A stretch of 64,000 nt of DNA from Candidatus Latescibacterota bacterium (GTDB lineage Bacteria; Latescibacterota; CBDEFO01), in assembly GCA_965248755.1 (NCBI GenBank), contig OZ252149.1, forward strand, positions 4,160,001-4,224,000, given 5' to 3'. The notes beneath the pieces are model-generated. The model made no database searches. It was not told the DNA's origin and saw only the letters and a list, made by a program, of their open reading frames with translations. The translations under genes were made by a program, and so were the position numbers. The first letter of the stretch is position 1. Every line of letters starts with the position of its first letter. Below are positions 19,795 to 29,289 of the stretch, in pieces.

Positions 19795-20412
19795 TCAGAA
19801 AAACGGATTGAATGCCTTCTCCTGACCTATCGTGGTCGCCGGACCGTGTCCCGGATAGACCAGGGTATCGTCATCCAGCGTAAGGAGCGTAGAGGCCACT
19901 GAATCTACGAGAGTTTGGTACGATCCCCCTTTTAGGTCTGTCCTCCCGATTGAACCGGCAAAGAGGGCATCTCCACTGAAGACTAACCCGGGGGTATGAA
20001 GAGATACCCCTCCTGGAGAGTGCCCCGGCGTGTGGAGAACCCTTAAAGTTTCATCCCCGAAGGATATGTCATCGCCTTCTGTGATGAAGCGATCTATCCG
20101 GGGTGGGGCATCTGCATGGATGCCGAACAATGCGGCTTGATCTGATAGATTCTCCACTAAAAACATATCTGCTTTGTGTATAAGCGTAGGGACCTTCAAG
20201 GCATCCTGGAGGCCCTTTGCTCCTCCTATGTGATCAAAGTGCCCGTGTGTGTTGATGATGTGCTTCACGTTTACGTCTTCTTTCTCAATCAGATCCAATA
20301 TATCGGGCACGCTCCCGCCGGGATCTATCACGGCACCCTCTTTTGTTCTGTTACAGTATATCACATAGCAGTTGACTTCTAGAGGGGCAACCAAAAGAGA
20401 TTTAACTATCAT
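19795..20412 (-). CDS. MBL-fold metallohydrolase (glyoxalase II-like)
   Basis: THGHFDH, TPGHSPG, GDALF and PGHG motifs. Confidence 0.94.
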   Translation of the reverse strand: MIVKSLLVAPLEVNCYVIYCNRTKEGAVIDPGGSVPDILDLIEKEDVNVKHIINTHGHFDHIGGAKGLQDALKVPTLIHKADMFLVENLSDQAALFGIHADAPPRIDRFITEGDDISFGDETLRVLHTPGHSPGGVSLHTPGLVFSGDALFAGSIGRTDLKGGSYQTLVDSVASTLLTLDDDTLVYPGHGPATTIGQEKAFNPFF

Positions 20413-20694
20413 TAGTTAAGAATTGATCTGAATCAGAGGCCCGGCCGCTTTGCCCCACGTGCGTATTCGCAGGGGCAGAGTGATGCGGCTCTTGGGGCGA
20501 GTGGTCTCCGATTGAATCTATCGGGGATGGCCCCTACATTTAATTTCAGGTTGTAAGGGCAAGAAGGTCGTCCCAAGAAGGTACTCCAATGTGTGACAGA
20601 TTCTTGAGAAGAGCAACCTTTCCGAATCACAACTGAACAACTGTCTAGCGCTCTCATTTCATTTGGCATTCAACCTCTACTACCTACTGTCCAC

Positions 20695-21738
20695 TTACTC
20701 TGGCATTAAACTGAAATCGCCTTCGTGGCAGGTCTCGATAAATGCAGCCAGAAGGTCTATACTCGCCTCAATATCGTCTTTGCTGCACATTTCTATTGTA
20801 GAATGGACGTAACGCGTGGGAACCGATATGCATCCGACTGCCGCGCCCAAACCGTATCTTTGAATCGCTGCTGTGTCAGTCCCCCCGCGAAGGAGTATCT
20901 CCATCTGATACGGTATGCTGCGCTTTTCCGCAAGGTCCCGCAGGAAATCTACTACTCTGCTATTACATACAACGCTGGAATCCAGAATCTTGATCGCTGT
21001 TCCCACCCCCAACTTGGTCACAGATTCAAAAGCCTTAGCATCTGGCACATCGTTGGCAAGTGTCACGTCCAAACCCATGCCGATTTCGGGCTTTATGCTC
21101 TGTGCTGCTACCTGCGCCCCTCTGAGTCCCACCTCCTCCTGTGTCGAAGCGACGGCGTAGACCTCAACACTATGGGACTTTATCTTCTTGAGTGCTTCTA
21201 TCATGACAAAGACACTTATCCTGTTGTCGAAGGATTTGCAGTTGACGTTGTTGCCCATCTCCACAAAATCGCGCTCACGGGTCACAGGATCTCCGATTCG
21301 TATGACCTTATCGACCTCCTCTTTGGGGAGTCCCACGTCTATGAAATAGTCCTCCAGCTTGGGGGGTTTCTGCCGCTCTTCCTCCGACATAATGTGAATG
21401 GGCTTTGTCCCCATCACGCCGATGACATCTTCCCTTCCGTGCACTATTACCCTCTGAGCCGTGAGGGTCTTGGGGTCGAAGCCGCCCAGAGGCACCGCCC
21501 TTATGAAGCCTTCGTCGTCAATGTGATTAACCATGAAGCCTATTTCGTCTATGTGGGCGGCCATCATAAACTTCTTGTCCTCCTTCCCCCATTTGATACC
21601 TATAATATTCCCCAATGCGTCCACGCTGAACTCATCCACGAGGGGCTTCATCTGGGCTGCTACGATCTTTCTGATCCTATCCTCGTAGCCCGGAACACCA
21701 GGCGTTTCACACAATAGCTTCAATAACTCGATATTCAT
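20695..21738 (-). CDS. M42 family aminopeptidase
   Basis: AAHIDEIG, FDNR, QEEVGLRG, GGTD and RYVHS motifs. Confidence 0.94.
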   Translation of the reverse strand: MNIELLKLLCETPGVPGYEDRIRKIVAAQMKPLVDEFSVDALGNIIGIKWGKEDKKFMMAAHIDEIGFMVNHIDDEGFIRAVPLGGFDPKTLTAQRVIVHGREDVIGVMGTKPIHIMSEEERQKPPKLEDYFIDVGLPKEEVDKVIRIGDPVTRERDFVEMGNNVNCKSFDNRISVFVMIEALKKIKSHSVEVYAVASTQEEVGLRGAQVAAQSIKPEIGMGLDVTLANDVPDAKAFESVTKLGVGTAIKILDSSVVCNSRVVDFLRDLAEKRSIPYQMEILLRGGTDTAAIQRYGLGAAVGCISVPTRYVHSTIEMCSKDDIEASIDLLAAFIETCHEGDFSLMPE

Positions 21739-21760
21739 CTTCTGTTGTTATCTCCGGCGC

Positions 21761-22843
21761 TCACATCTTCAGACAGACAGGTGTCGGGACTTCGGCTACG
21801 TTACCCGTGCCCATAAGCCCTCCGGTCTCTGGATCAATTCGAAACGTCACAACGTTGTCAGTATCCTGATTGGCGGCCAACAGGAGGGTGCCGGTCGGAT
21901 CGATGGCAAAGTTGCGCGGATTCTTGCCCTGTGTCGGCTCGCAGTCTACATAAGTGAGCCTACCTGTATCCTCGTCGATAGAATAGATCACAATGCTGTC
22001 ATGACCCCGATTGGAGCCATAGAGAAAGTTCCCAGATGGGGAGACGTGCACGTCCGCAGGGTAGTTTGTGCCTTCAAAATCCTCAGGAAGGGTGGAAAGC
22101 GACTGAATTTCCTTGAGCGTCCCGTTCGTGTCATCATAAGTAAATGCGCTCATTGTGCTGTCGAGCTCATTAATTACATAGGCGTATCTGAGGCTGGGAT
22201 GAAAAGCGAAATGGCGCGGTCCAGCCCCCGCATGAACCTGAGCCCAGGGCTCATCGTTAGGCCTTAACTTCCCCTGAGTCAAATCGAGCTGGTAAATCAT
22301 GATCTTGTCGAGTCCAAGATCTGCCGCAAAGGCGTAGCGATTGGCTGGATCCAGGGTGATAGAATGGGCGTGAGGGCTTCCCTGCCGTCCTGGATTGACA
22401 CTTGAACCTTCGTGCGAAACCAAATCGGTGGCTTCTCCCAACTGCCCGTCTGCCAGTATGGGGAGGACGCAGAGACTGCCGCCCAAATAGTTCGCCACCA
22501 GGAGATATTTACGCTGCTGATCTACACTCAGGTGACAGGGAAGACCTCCATGCGAGGGCTGCTGATTTAAATAGGTCAGTTTCCCTGTTGCCGTGTCGAT
22601 GGAGAAGGCGCTGACAGCGCCGCTCGGCTTGCCGGCAAACTCCGTAGCTTCGTTAACCGCATAGAGATACCGTCGTTGGGGATCAAAGTCCAGATAAGAG
22701 GGGTTGTCCACTCCTGCAGCCATGCTGGAGAATTCCAGGGCACCGGAGGCTGGATCCATGCGATAGACATAGATCCCTTGGCTCTTGCCACCTGTGTAGG
22801 TGCCAATATAGACAAGGATCTCTTCATTATCCCTTTTTATCAT
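21761..22843 (-). CDS. pgl: Beta-propeller lactonase (6-phosphogluconolactonase Pgl family)
   Basis: YIGTYT, NPSY, ANY.GG, HAH, GPRH, SNRGHDS and PRNF motifs. Confidence 0.9.
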   Translation of the reverse strand: MIKRDNEEILVYIGTYTGGKSQGIYVYRMDPASGALEFSSMAAGVDNPSYLDFDPQRRYLYAVNEATEFAGKPSGAVSAFSIDTATGKLTYLNQQPSHGGLPCHLSVDQQRKYLLVANYLGGSLCVLPILADGQLGEATDLVSHEGSSVNPGRQGSPHAHSITLDPANRYAFAADLGLDKIMIYQLDLTQGKLRPNDEPWAQVHAGAGPRHFAFHPSLRYAYVINELDSTMSAFTYDDTNGTLKEIQSLSTLPEDFEGTNYPADVHVSPSGNFLYGSNRGHDSIVIYSIDEDTGRLTYVDCEPTQGKNPRNFAIDPTGTLLLAANQDTDNVVTFRIDPETGGLMGTGNVAEVPTPVCLKM

Positions 22844-22980
22844 AGTCCGGTCACTCCCCGTTTTATGAATAGACAGCAGACGGGGGGGATGCCCTGTCTG
22901 CCTCTGCCCCCGATCCCCGACGTCCCCCCGATAGGTTCAATCGGGGGGAGAATCAATCAGGGGCCATCAGGCGTTACTGT

Positions 22981-23271
22981 CTAGGTGGGTAGGGGGAGAA
23001 GAGGCGGTGCCCCCCCACCTATTGCTGGAAGGAAATGTACTTCGCTGGTGTCACTTACGGTCTGAAGCAACCCCAGGCGCGAGACCTGACCGTCAACGAT
23101 CACCGCAATGTTCGGCCTTATTCTACCTTCTTCACTCAGTCGGTCTTTAAGCCCGGGGTAGGTGGCCTCCAGGTTGTCCACCACCCGCCGAATTGTGGAG
23201 CCCTCTACTTTCACCTTCTCCTGGCCGTCGGTAAGGTCCTGCATCAAGGAGGGGATCCATACAACCGGCAT
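22981..23271 (-). CDS. MoaD/ThiS family sulfur carrier with an extension after the Gly-Gly motif
   Basis: Ubiquitin-like MoaD pattern ending ...FLPAIGGG followed by APPLLPLPT. Confidence 0.85.
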   Translation of the reverse strand: MPVVWIPSLMQDLTDGQEKVKVEGSTIRRVVDNLEATYPGLKDRLSEEGRIRPNIAVIVDGQVSRLGLLQTVSDTSEVHFLPAIGGGAPPLLPLPT

Positions 23272-23276
23272 AGAGA

Positions 23277-25586
23277 CTACCCTTTCTCCCAGAGTGCTTC
23301 CAGGACGCGACCGGGGGACGCCGGCAGTAGCCTCATTCGAACGCCGACCGCACGATAGATAGCGTTTGCTATGGCGGCCGGAGGAGGAACTATAGGCACC
23401 TCGCCGACGCCTCGCACCCCGAAGGGATGGCCCGGATTTGGCACTTCGACTATCAGCGTGTCTATCATAGGCAGATCCAGACTCGTGGGCATTCGGTAAT
23501 CCAGAAGACTCGCGTTCAGCATGTGTCCCTTATCGTCGTACATGTACTCTTCGTTCAGAGCCCATCCGATGCCCTGGACCGATCCGCCCTGCATCTGGCC
23601 TTCCACATAGCTTGGATGTATCGCCTTTCCGGCGTCCTGCACGGCGGTGTAGCGCAGAATCTGGGTCTTACCGGTCTCCGGGTCGACCTCCACATCCACT
23701 ATGTGGGTCGCAAACGCTCCGCCAACTCCCGTAGGATCTACCGAGGCACGCCCCGCGACGGGGCCGCCGGTCTCATTCAGCTTTCCGGATAGTTCCTTAA
23801 AAGTGATGGTCTTGGACGGATCGCCTACAGACCGAAATGCGCCGTCCTCAAATTCTACCTCCTCCGAGGAGACCTCCCAGAGCTTGGCGGCGCGTTCGAT
23901 TAGCTGCCGTTTGATGTCCTCGCCCGCCTCTATACAAGCCCATCCGGTGGCGAACGTCACACGACTACCTCCGGTGACCTCCGTGAATCCGACAGAATCC
24001 GTGTCCCCGACTATCGGGTGGACGTCCTCTGCGGGAATGCCTAACACTTCTGCCAGCTGCATAGCCGCAGATGCCCGTGTGCCGCCGATGTCTGAGGATC
24101 CTTCTACGAGGCTCACCGTCCCGTCAGGGTTCACGCTGGCCGAGGCCGATGACTGAAGTCCGACGTTGAACCAGAAGCCCGAAGCGACGCCTCTGCCTCT
24201 GTATGGCCCTTCAAGTGGCGCCGAATAGTGTTCGTGATTCAGAGCTGCCTCGTTGGTCTCTATGCAGCCGATGCGGGGGAATACGGGTCCATCGGCGCGG
24301 CGGGTGCCCTCTTTGGCGGCGTTTTTGATGCGAAACTCGAGAGGGTCTATTGAGAGTTCCTCACATATTTCATCTACCACCGTCTCTGTGGCAAAGGCTG
24401 CGCTGGTGGCGCCGGGTGCCCTGTAGGCGGAGGTCTTGGGTTTGTTCACCACAACGTCGAATCCGTCGATCACGACGTTGTCTATCTCGTAGGGGGCAAA
24501 GACGCACATAGCGCCTGCACCCACCGGAGAACCGGGATATGCCCCAGCTTCGTAGGCAAGGTAGGCCTGTGCAGCGGTGATCTGTCCTGCTTTCGTCGCT
24601 CCGATCTTCATCTTCATGTAGGTGGCGGGTGTAGGACCTGTGCCCTGGAAGACCTCGTCCCGGTTCATCACGATCTTGACAGGGTGTCCTGTCTTGCGGG
24701 AAAGGAGGGCAGCTACAGGCTTTATATAGACCTGAATTTTTCCTCCGAAACCGCCGCCGATCTCGGCTGGTATTACCTTAATGTTCGAGATGGGCATCTG
24801 CAGGAGTTCTGACAACTGATGACGCACGGTGAACGCCCCTTGAGTGCTGCACCAGACGGTCAGGTGGCCACTGTCTTGGCTTCCTACCTCCCCGTCAAAG
24901 CGGCCACTCTGCCGGTCGGGCTTCCAGAGGGCTGTTACGTTGTGCGGCTCGATGTAGCCCTGATGCACTGTAGCTGTGTTAAATTCGCGCTCGATCACTA
25001 CATCCGCCTCTTTGAACCCCTTTTCAATATCCCCCATCTTGAATTGAAAGTGCTCGGCTATATTGCTCTGCACGTCCGTCTTTTCGCCCAGGGACTTCGT
25101 AGTCAGAGTATCGTGCAACAGAGGAGCGTCGTCCTCCATCGCCTTTCGCACGTCCATCACAGGCGGCAGGACCTCATAGTCTACGTCTATTAAGGATAAC
25201 GCCTCTTCGGCCACATGTGCATTGACAGCCGCCACGGCGGCCACCGCATGTCCCTTGTAGAGCACCTTTTCTCCAGCAAGGACATTGTTGCCCAGAAACT
25301 TCAGATTCACGGCGCCTTCACCCAAATCAGCGATCTTGTCAGCCAGCTCAGGAAGATCCTTGGATGTCACCACAGCCTTCACGCCATCAAGTTTAAGTGC
25401 CCGACTGGTATCAATCGAACGAATGCCTGCGTGGGCATGAGGACTCCTCAACACCTTTCCGTGCAGGGTCCCTGCCATGTAGACGTCCGCTCCATATATC
25501 GCCCTTCCGGTCACCTTGTCCGTGCCATCGTGTCGGATCGGACGGGTGCCGATAACCTTATAGTCGTTCTTAACCCCTGTTGCCAT
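23277..25586 (-). CDS. Xanthine dehydrogenase family molybdopterin-binding subunit (CoxL-like, not CODH)
   Basis: IGGGFGGK, AYRAPG, EGQMQGG and RGVGE motifs. Confidence 0.93.
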   Translation of the reverse strand: MATGVKNDYKVIGTRPIRHDGTDKVTGRAIYGADVYMAGTLHGKVLRSPHAHAGIRSIDTSRALKLDGVKAVVTSKDLPELADKIADLGEGAVNLKFLGNNVLAGEKVLYKGHAVAAVAAVNAHVAEEALSLIDVDYEVLPPVMDVRKAMEDDAPLLHDTLTTKSLGEKTDVQSNIAEHFQFKMGDIEKGFKEADVVIEREFNTATVHQGYIEPHNVTALWKPDRQSGRFDGEVGSQDSGHLTVWCSTQGAFTVRHQLSELLQMPISNIKVIPAEIGGGFGGKIQVYIKPVAALLSRKTGHPVKIVMNRDEVFQGTGPTPATYMKMKIGATKAGQITAAQAYLAYEAGAYPGSPVGAGAMCVFAPYEIDNVVIDGFDVVVNKPKTSAYRAPGATSAAFATETVVDEICEELSIDPLEFRIKNAAKEGTRRADGPVFPRIGCIETNEAALNHEHYSAPLEGPYRGRGVASGFWFNVGLQSSASASVNPDGTVSLVEGSSDIGGTRASAAMQLAEVLGIPAEDVHPIVGDTDSVGFTEVTGGSRVTFATGWACIEAGEDIKRQLIERAAKLWEVSSEEVEFEDGAFRSVGDPSKTITFKELSGKLNETGGPVAGRASVDPTGVGGAFATHIVDVEVDPETGKTQILRYTAVQDAGKAIHPSYVEGQMQGGSVQGIGWALNEEYMYDDKGHMLNASLLDYRMPTSLDLPMIDTLIVEVPNPGHPFGVRGVGEVPIVPPPAAIANAIYRAVGVRMRLLPASPGRVLEALWEKG

Positions 25587-26068
25587 TATTCTCTCCCGTC
25601 TGTTGATTGAGCCACATCCAGGACGGCTCTGATGATTTTATCGTAGCCTGTGCACCGACAGAGATTACCGGCTAACCAGTACCGAGCCTGATGTTCTGTA
25701 GGCTTGGGTATTTTATCTAAAAGGGCCTTTGCCGCTACGATGAATCCCGGGGTGCATACCCCGCATTGGAGGGCGGCGTGCTCCAGGAACTTCTGCTGGA
25801 TCGGATGGAGCCCTCTTTCATCTGCGATTCCCTCTATTGTGGTCATCTCTTTACCTTCTACCTCCACACCTAAAACCATGCAGGAATTCACCAATCGTCC
25901 GTCCAGGATGACGTTGCACGCCCCACAATTTCCGTTATTGCAGCCCTCCTTGGTGCCCGTCAGAAAGAGTTCGTCCCTTAAGACTTCCAGGAGACTTTGA
26001 CGAGGTTCAGAGAGGAACTCGACCTCTTCGCCGTTGATCTTGGTTTGCACATGAACTTTTCTACTCAT
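25586..26068 (-). CDS. (2Fe-2S)-binding subunit (CoxS-like)
   Basis: GCNNGNCGAC, QCGVCTPG and NLCRCTGY motifs. Confidence 0.95.
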   Translation of the reverse strand: MSRKVHVQTKINGEEVEFLSEPRQSLLEVLRDELFLTGTKEGCNNGNCGACNVILDGRLVNSCMVLGVEVEGKEMTTIEGIADERGLHPIQQKFLEHAALQCGVCTPGFIVAAKALLDKIPKPTEHQARYWLAGNLCRCTGYDKIIRAVLDVAQSTDGRE

Positions 26069-26147
26069 TTAACGAGCCTCCTTACAGATTAATAGACAGT
26101 AGGTCAGGAATTCGTGTTCAGCGGCATAACAGACGATAATGTCTGTT

Positions 26148-27029
26148 CTATTGCTTGCCGTTTGCTGCTCTTTGAATCGCTCCGTTTATGGCGCGCCGGG
26201 TCAACACTCCCACCAGGTGCCGCCTCTGAGCGACTGTCCCGCGCATATCGCTTATCGGTCTGGATGCCGCCTCGGCCGCTTGTGCTGCGCTTGCTATGAT
26301 CTCGTCAGAGACTTGACTTCCCGAAAGCAGCTCTCCTGCCTCCTCCACTAAAAGCGGCGTCGGGGCCACCGCTGCAAGTGCAACCTTGGCCGATACAAAG
26401 GACGTTCCAGCATCGTCCAAAACCACCGACGCGCCAGCTCCTACAACGGCTATATCCATTTCGTTTCGAGGGATAAAGCGGAGATAGAAAGCCCCCGAGT
26501 TTTCCTGTGGCGGCGGAATCTTAAAAGATAAAAGAAACTCTCCGTCTTTCAAGACAGTCTGCCCCGGTGCCGTGCAGAACTCCTCGGCAGGGACTTCTCT
26601 TGTTCCATTGGGGCCCGCAATTACACAGAGCGCATTCAGGACGATAAGGGGCGGTATGCCATCGGCTGCAGGGGAGGCATTGCACAGATTCCCCCCTACG
26701 GTGGCTCTCGCCTGTATCTGAATCCCGCCTATCAGTGAAACCGCATCTATCAGGCCCGGGTACTTCTGGACAACGGTCTTGTCTTCGTAGATTGTGTAGC
26801 AGGGGACTGCGGCCCCAAGATGGAGCCCCTCTGTGGGGTGATATGACAATTGGTTGACCTCTGGAATTTCCTTGATGTCCACCAGAAGTTTAAGGCTTCG
26901 GCGGTTCTCTCTGACCTGAACTATTATGTCAGTCCCTCCGCTTAAGACTCTGGCCTGATCTCCTTTTCCCTTGAGCAGGGACACCGCCTCATCCACAGTT
27001 TGAGTAGAAGCATAGTCAATCGCTTGCAA
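26148..27029 (-). CDS. FAD-binding subunit (CoxM-like)
   Basis: LSGGTD, ATVGGNLCNASPAAD and PISDMRG motifs. Confidence 0.94.
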   Translation of the reverse strand: MQAIDYASTQTVDEAVSLLKGKGDQARVLSGGTDIIVQVRENRRSLKLLVDIKEIPEVNQLSYHPTEGLHLGAAVPCYTIYEDKTVVQKYPGLIDAVSLIGGIQIQARATVGGNLCNASPAADGIPPLIVLNALCVIAGPNGTREVPAEEFCTAPGQTVLKDGEFLLSFKIPPPQENSGAFYLRFIPRNEMDIAVVGAGASVVLDDAGTSFVSAKVALAAVAPTPLLVEEAGELLSGSQVSDEIIASAAQAAEAASRPISDMRGTVAQRRHLVGVLTRRAINGAIQRAANGKQ

Positions 27030-27171
27030 AACGCTTGTCTCCTTTCAATATAAGATCTAACCGGATGATTCCTGCCAGCAAATCCCATTCAACCGGTTCG
27101 GATCGTAAGTTCATATTTCTATCTTACCTTTTGCAGAGATCCCTATATCTATTGATATTTTTAAACAAATA

Positions 27172-27200
27172 ATAATAGGAAACAATACCAAGAAAGTCAA
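27172..27200 (-). promoter_or_regulatory. sigma70-type promoter for the Mo-hydroxylase operon
   Basis: TTGACT-N17-TATTAT on the minus strand. Confidence 0.55.
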
Positions 27201-27240
27201 TCTAAATTTTAAATAATCGCAATTGTAGAATCCCACTGTC

Positions 27241-27405
27241 TGTTTAAGAACAGCGCATCGGAGTCTCACCATTCACCTGTATAAGAAATATTGTGAATTC
27301 TGCGAGCAAAATGGTTTGAGGGCAAAGAGCAATACTGTCTTCGGGAGATGGATGGGAGAGCGGTTCGTGAAAGTCAGAAAAATGGATGGCCTTTAGTACC
27401 TGTGA
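27241..27405 (+). pseudogene. C-terminal remnant of a P4/D5-family primase-helicase
   Basis: LYKKYCEFCEQNGLRAKSNTVFGRWMGERFVKVRKMDGL*YL* resembles the winged-helix tail of phage/plasmid P4 primases; no start, internal stop. Confidence 0.6.
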
Positions 27406-27444
27406 GCCGGCCTAAGGGAAGAGGCTATGCAATCACTTTAGACC

Positions 27445-27543
27445 ATGTAGGGTATGTAGGGTTTTGCTATACTGTTTGCCACAAGAAAAACTTTTTTATA
27501 GATAAACACTAAGCAAACTATACATACCCTACATACTATACAT
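27445..27543. repeat. ori-like element: inverted 9-bp iterons around an AT-rich spacer
   Basis: ATGTAGGGT x2 ... ACTATACAT/ACCCTACAT/ACTATACAT. Confidence 0.65.
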
Positions 27544-27585
27544 AAAAGTAATACCTAACTGGCATTTTCTCAAAAGGAGGGAAAG

Positions 27586-27771
27586 ATGGATATCCACGAC
27601 ATGCTTACAGTCAAAGAAGCAGCCAGGTTCTTAAGGTGTTCCGAAAGGCACCTGCGTCAACTAATACACTTCGGACAGTCCACAGCGTACAAGCCGGGCA
27701 AACAGTACCTCTTGCCCAGAAGCAGTCTCCTGGGGTACTTTAAGAGATCCCAATATGCCCCCTTTGGGTAG
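27586..27771 (+). CDS. Excisionase-like helix-turn-helix protein
   Basis: LTVKEAARFLRCS..L, AYKPGKQYL; strong AGGAGG RBS. Confidence 0.8.
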   Translation: MDIHDMLTVKEAARFLRCSERHLRQLIHFGQSTAYKPGKQYLLPRSSLLGYFKRSQYAPFG

Positions 27772-27872
27772 GGATTCTACCCGCGATAGATTCAATCGGG
27801 CACTCAAGGGGTGCGAGGTGATGGGCCTACGTGAGCAAACTTCGCCATCTCAATCACAGTAAGGGCATTAGA

Positions 27873-29075
27873 TCACAGTGACTTGAAGTAAAGCTCTATA
27901 ATCTGTTCCTTCGACGCGGGGCGAGGATTGTTGGCCGGACTCCCGCTGTCTATGGCGTCCTCTGCCATCTTTTTGACTACGGGCTTCAGTTTGTCCTCCG
28001 TTACTCCTATGTCGCCCAGACGAGGCATCTCTATATCCCGATTCAAGTCCACTATCGCCTCCACAGCTTTCCGGGCACTTTCCCTTAAGGATAGTCCCTC
28101 CAAGTTCTCTCCCATCGCAAGGGAGATGTCGGCAAACCTCTCCAGATTTCCCACAAAGGTGAACTCCATAACAGCAGGGAGCAGGACGGCGTTGGAAAGA
28201 CCGTGATGTATGTGGAAGTACGCCCCTATCGGGCGGGACATGCCGTGCACCAGGGCGACAGACGAATTGCTGAACGCCATGCCGGCCTTCGTCGCTGCTA
28301 TCGTCATATTGGTCCTTGCCTCTATGTCGTCGCCGTTTGCCCAGGCGGATCTCAGGTTCCCCGAGATAAGTCCCACAGCTGACAGCGCAAGGGCGTCTGT
28401 GATGGGCTGAGCCCTTTTGGAGATGTAAGCCTCCACCGCGTGCGTCAGAGAATCCACGCCGACTGCAGCCGTGAGCCCCGGAGGAACCGAGAGGGTCAAG
28501 AGCGGATCAACTAAAGCCGCTCTTGGAAGTAAACACGGACTGCTCATCATCATCTTCACATTCCTCTCTGTGTCCGTGATCACTGCCACTTTGGTCACCT
28601 CGCTGCCAGTCCCCGCCGTTGTGGGAATAGCTATCAAAGGAGCCCCCGGGTGCGGTATCTTGCCCACGCCCTGATAGTCTTGTAAATTGCCACGGTTCGC
28701 CGCCATTACGGCGGTGCCCTTGGCCGAGTCTATGGGACTCCCTCCGCCGATGGCAACCAGAAAATCGCAATTTTCCCTTTTGTATATCTCCAATCCGTCC
28801 ATGACGTTCTTCCTTGTGGGATCGGGCTGGACGTTGTCGAAGACCGCAAACGATATTTTCTCATCTTTCAACTTCTCTGAAATCCTCTCCACATAGCCCA
28901 ATTCGGATATGCCCTTGTCTGTAACTATGAGCGCCCTGGTTCCGCCTATCCTTTTTGCTTCCTCACCGACAGATGTAGAGGCATCAGGACCTGTGATCAC
29001 CACAGGTGGAATAGTGAACATAGAACTTTGATTCATCTTTTTGGTCCTGTTGCCATTTTTTGCTCCTGTTGCCAT
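27873..29075 (-). CDS. Iron-containing alcohol dehydrogenase (start may be 29036)
   Basis: GGGSPIDSAK, PTTAGTGSE, DSLTHAVE, HGMS and HHG motifs. Confidence 0.94.
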   Translation of the reverse strand: MATGAKNGNRTKKMNQSSMFTIPPVVITGPDASTSVGEEAKRIGGTRALIVTDKGISELGYVERISEKLKDEKISFAVFDNVQPDPTRKNVMDGLEIYKRENCDFLVAIGGGSPIDSAKGTAVMAANRGNLQDYQGVGKIPHPGAPLIAIPTTAGTGSEVTKVAVITDTERNVKMMMSSPCLLPRAALVDPLLTLSVPPGLTAAVGVDSLTHAVEAYISKRAQPITDALALSAVGLISGNLRSAWANGDDIEARTNMTIAATKAGMAFSNSSVALVHGMSRPIGAYFHIHHGLSNAVLLPAVMEFTFVGNLERFADISLAMGENLEGLSLRESARKAVEAIVDLNRDIEMPRLGDIGVTEDKLKPVVKKMAEDAIDSGSPANNPRPASKEQIIELYFKSL

Positions 29076-29289
29076 AATCTATTGTGAGATGCCATCTGCA
29101 TCTACTGGAGGGCGAACCATTTCGTGGGTTGTTGCCTTATCTGGCCTTACCCTGCCACGCGGGGTCGCCCTTTACATTCATTACGTAGTGTCAGACTCGT
29201 GTCTTCGCCCTACATTCTGTCTGGTATCTACTGGGCGGGTCTGCCCTTGCCTGTCCCTGCCTCCAATTGATGCTGTTGGGGGTCGGGAG

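Noticed and set aside
20725..21717. 330-aa plus-strand ORF
   Set aside because: Antisense shadow of the M42 peptidase; no recognisable motifs
23277..25586. Aerobic CO dehydrogenase
   Set aside because: The active-site loop is AYRAPG, not AYRCSFR
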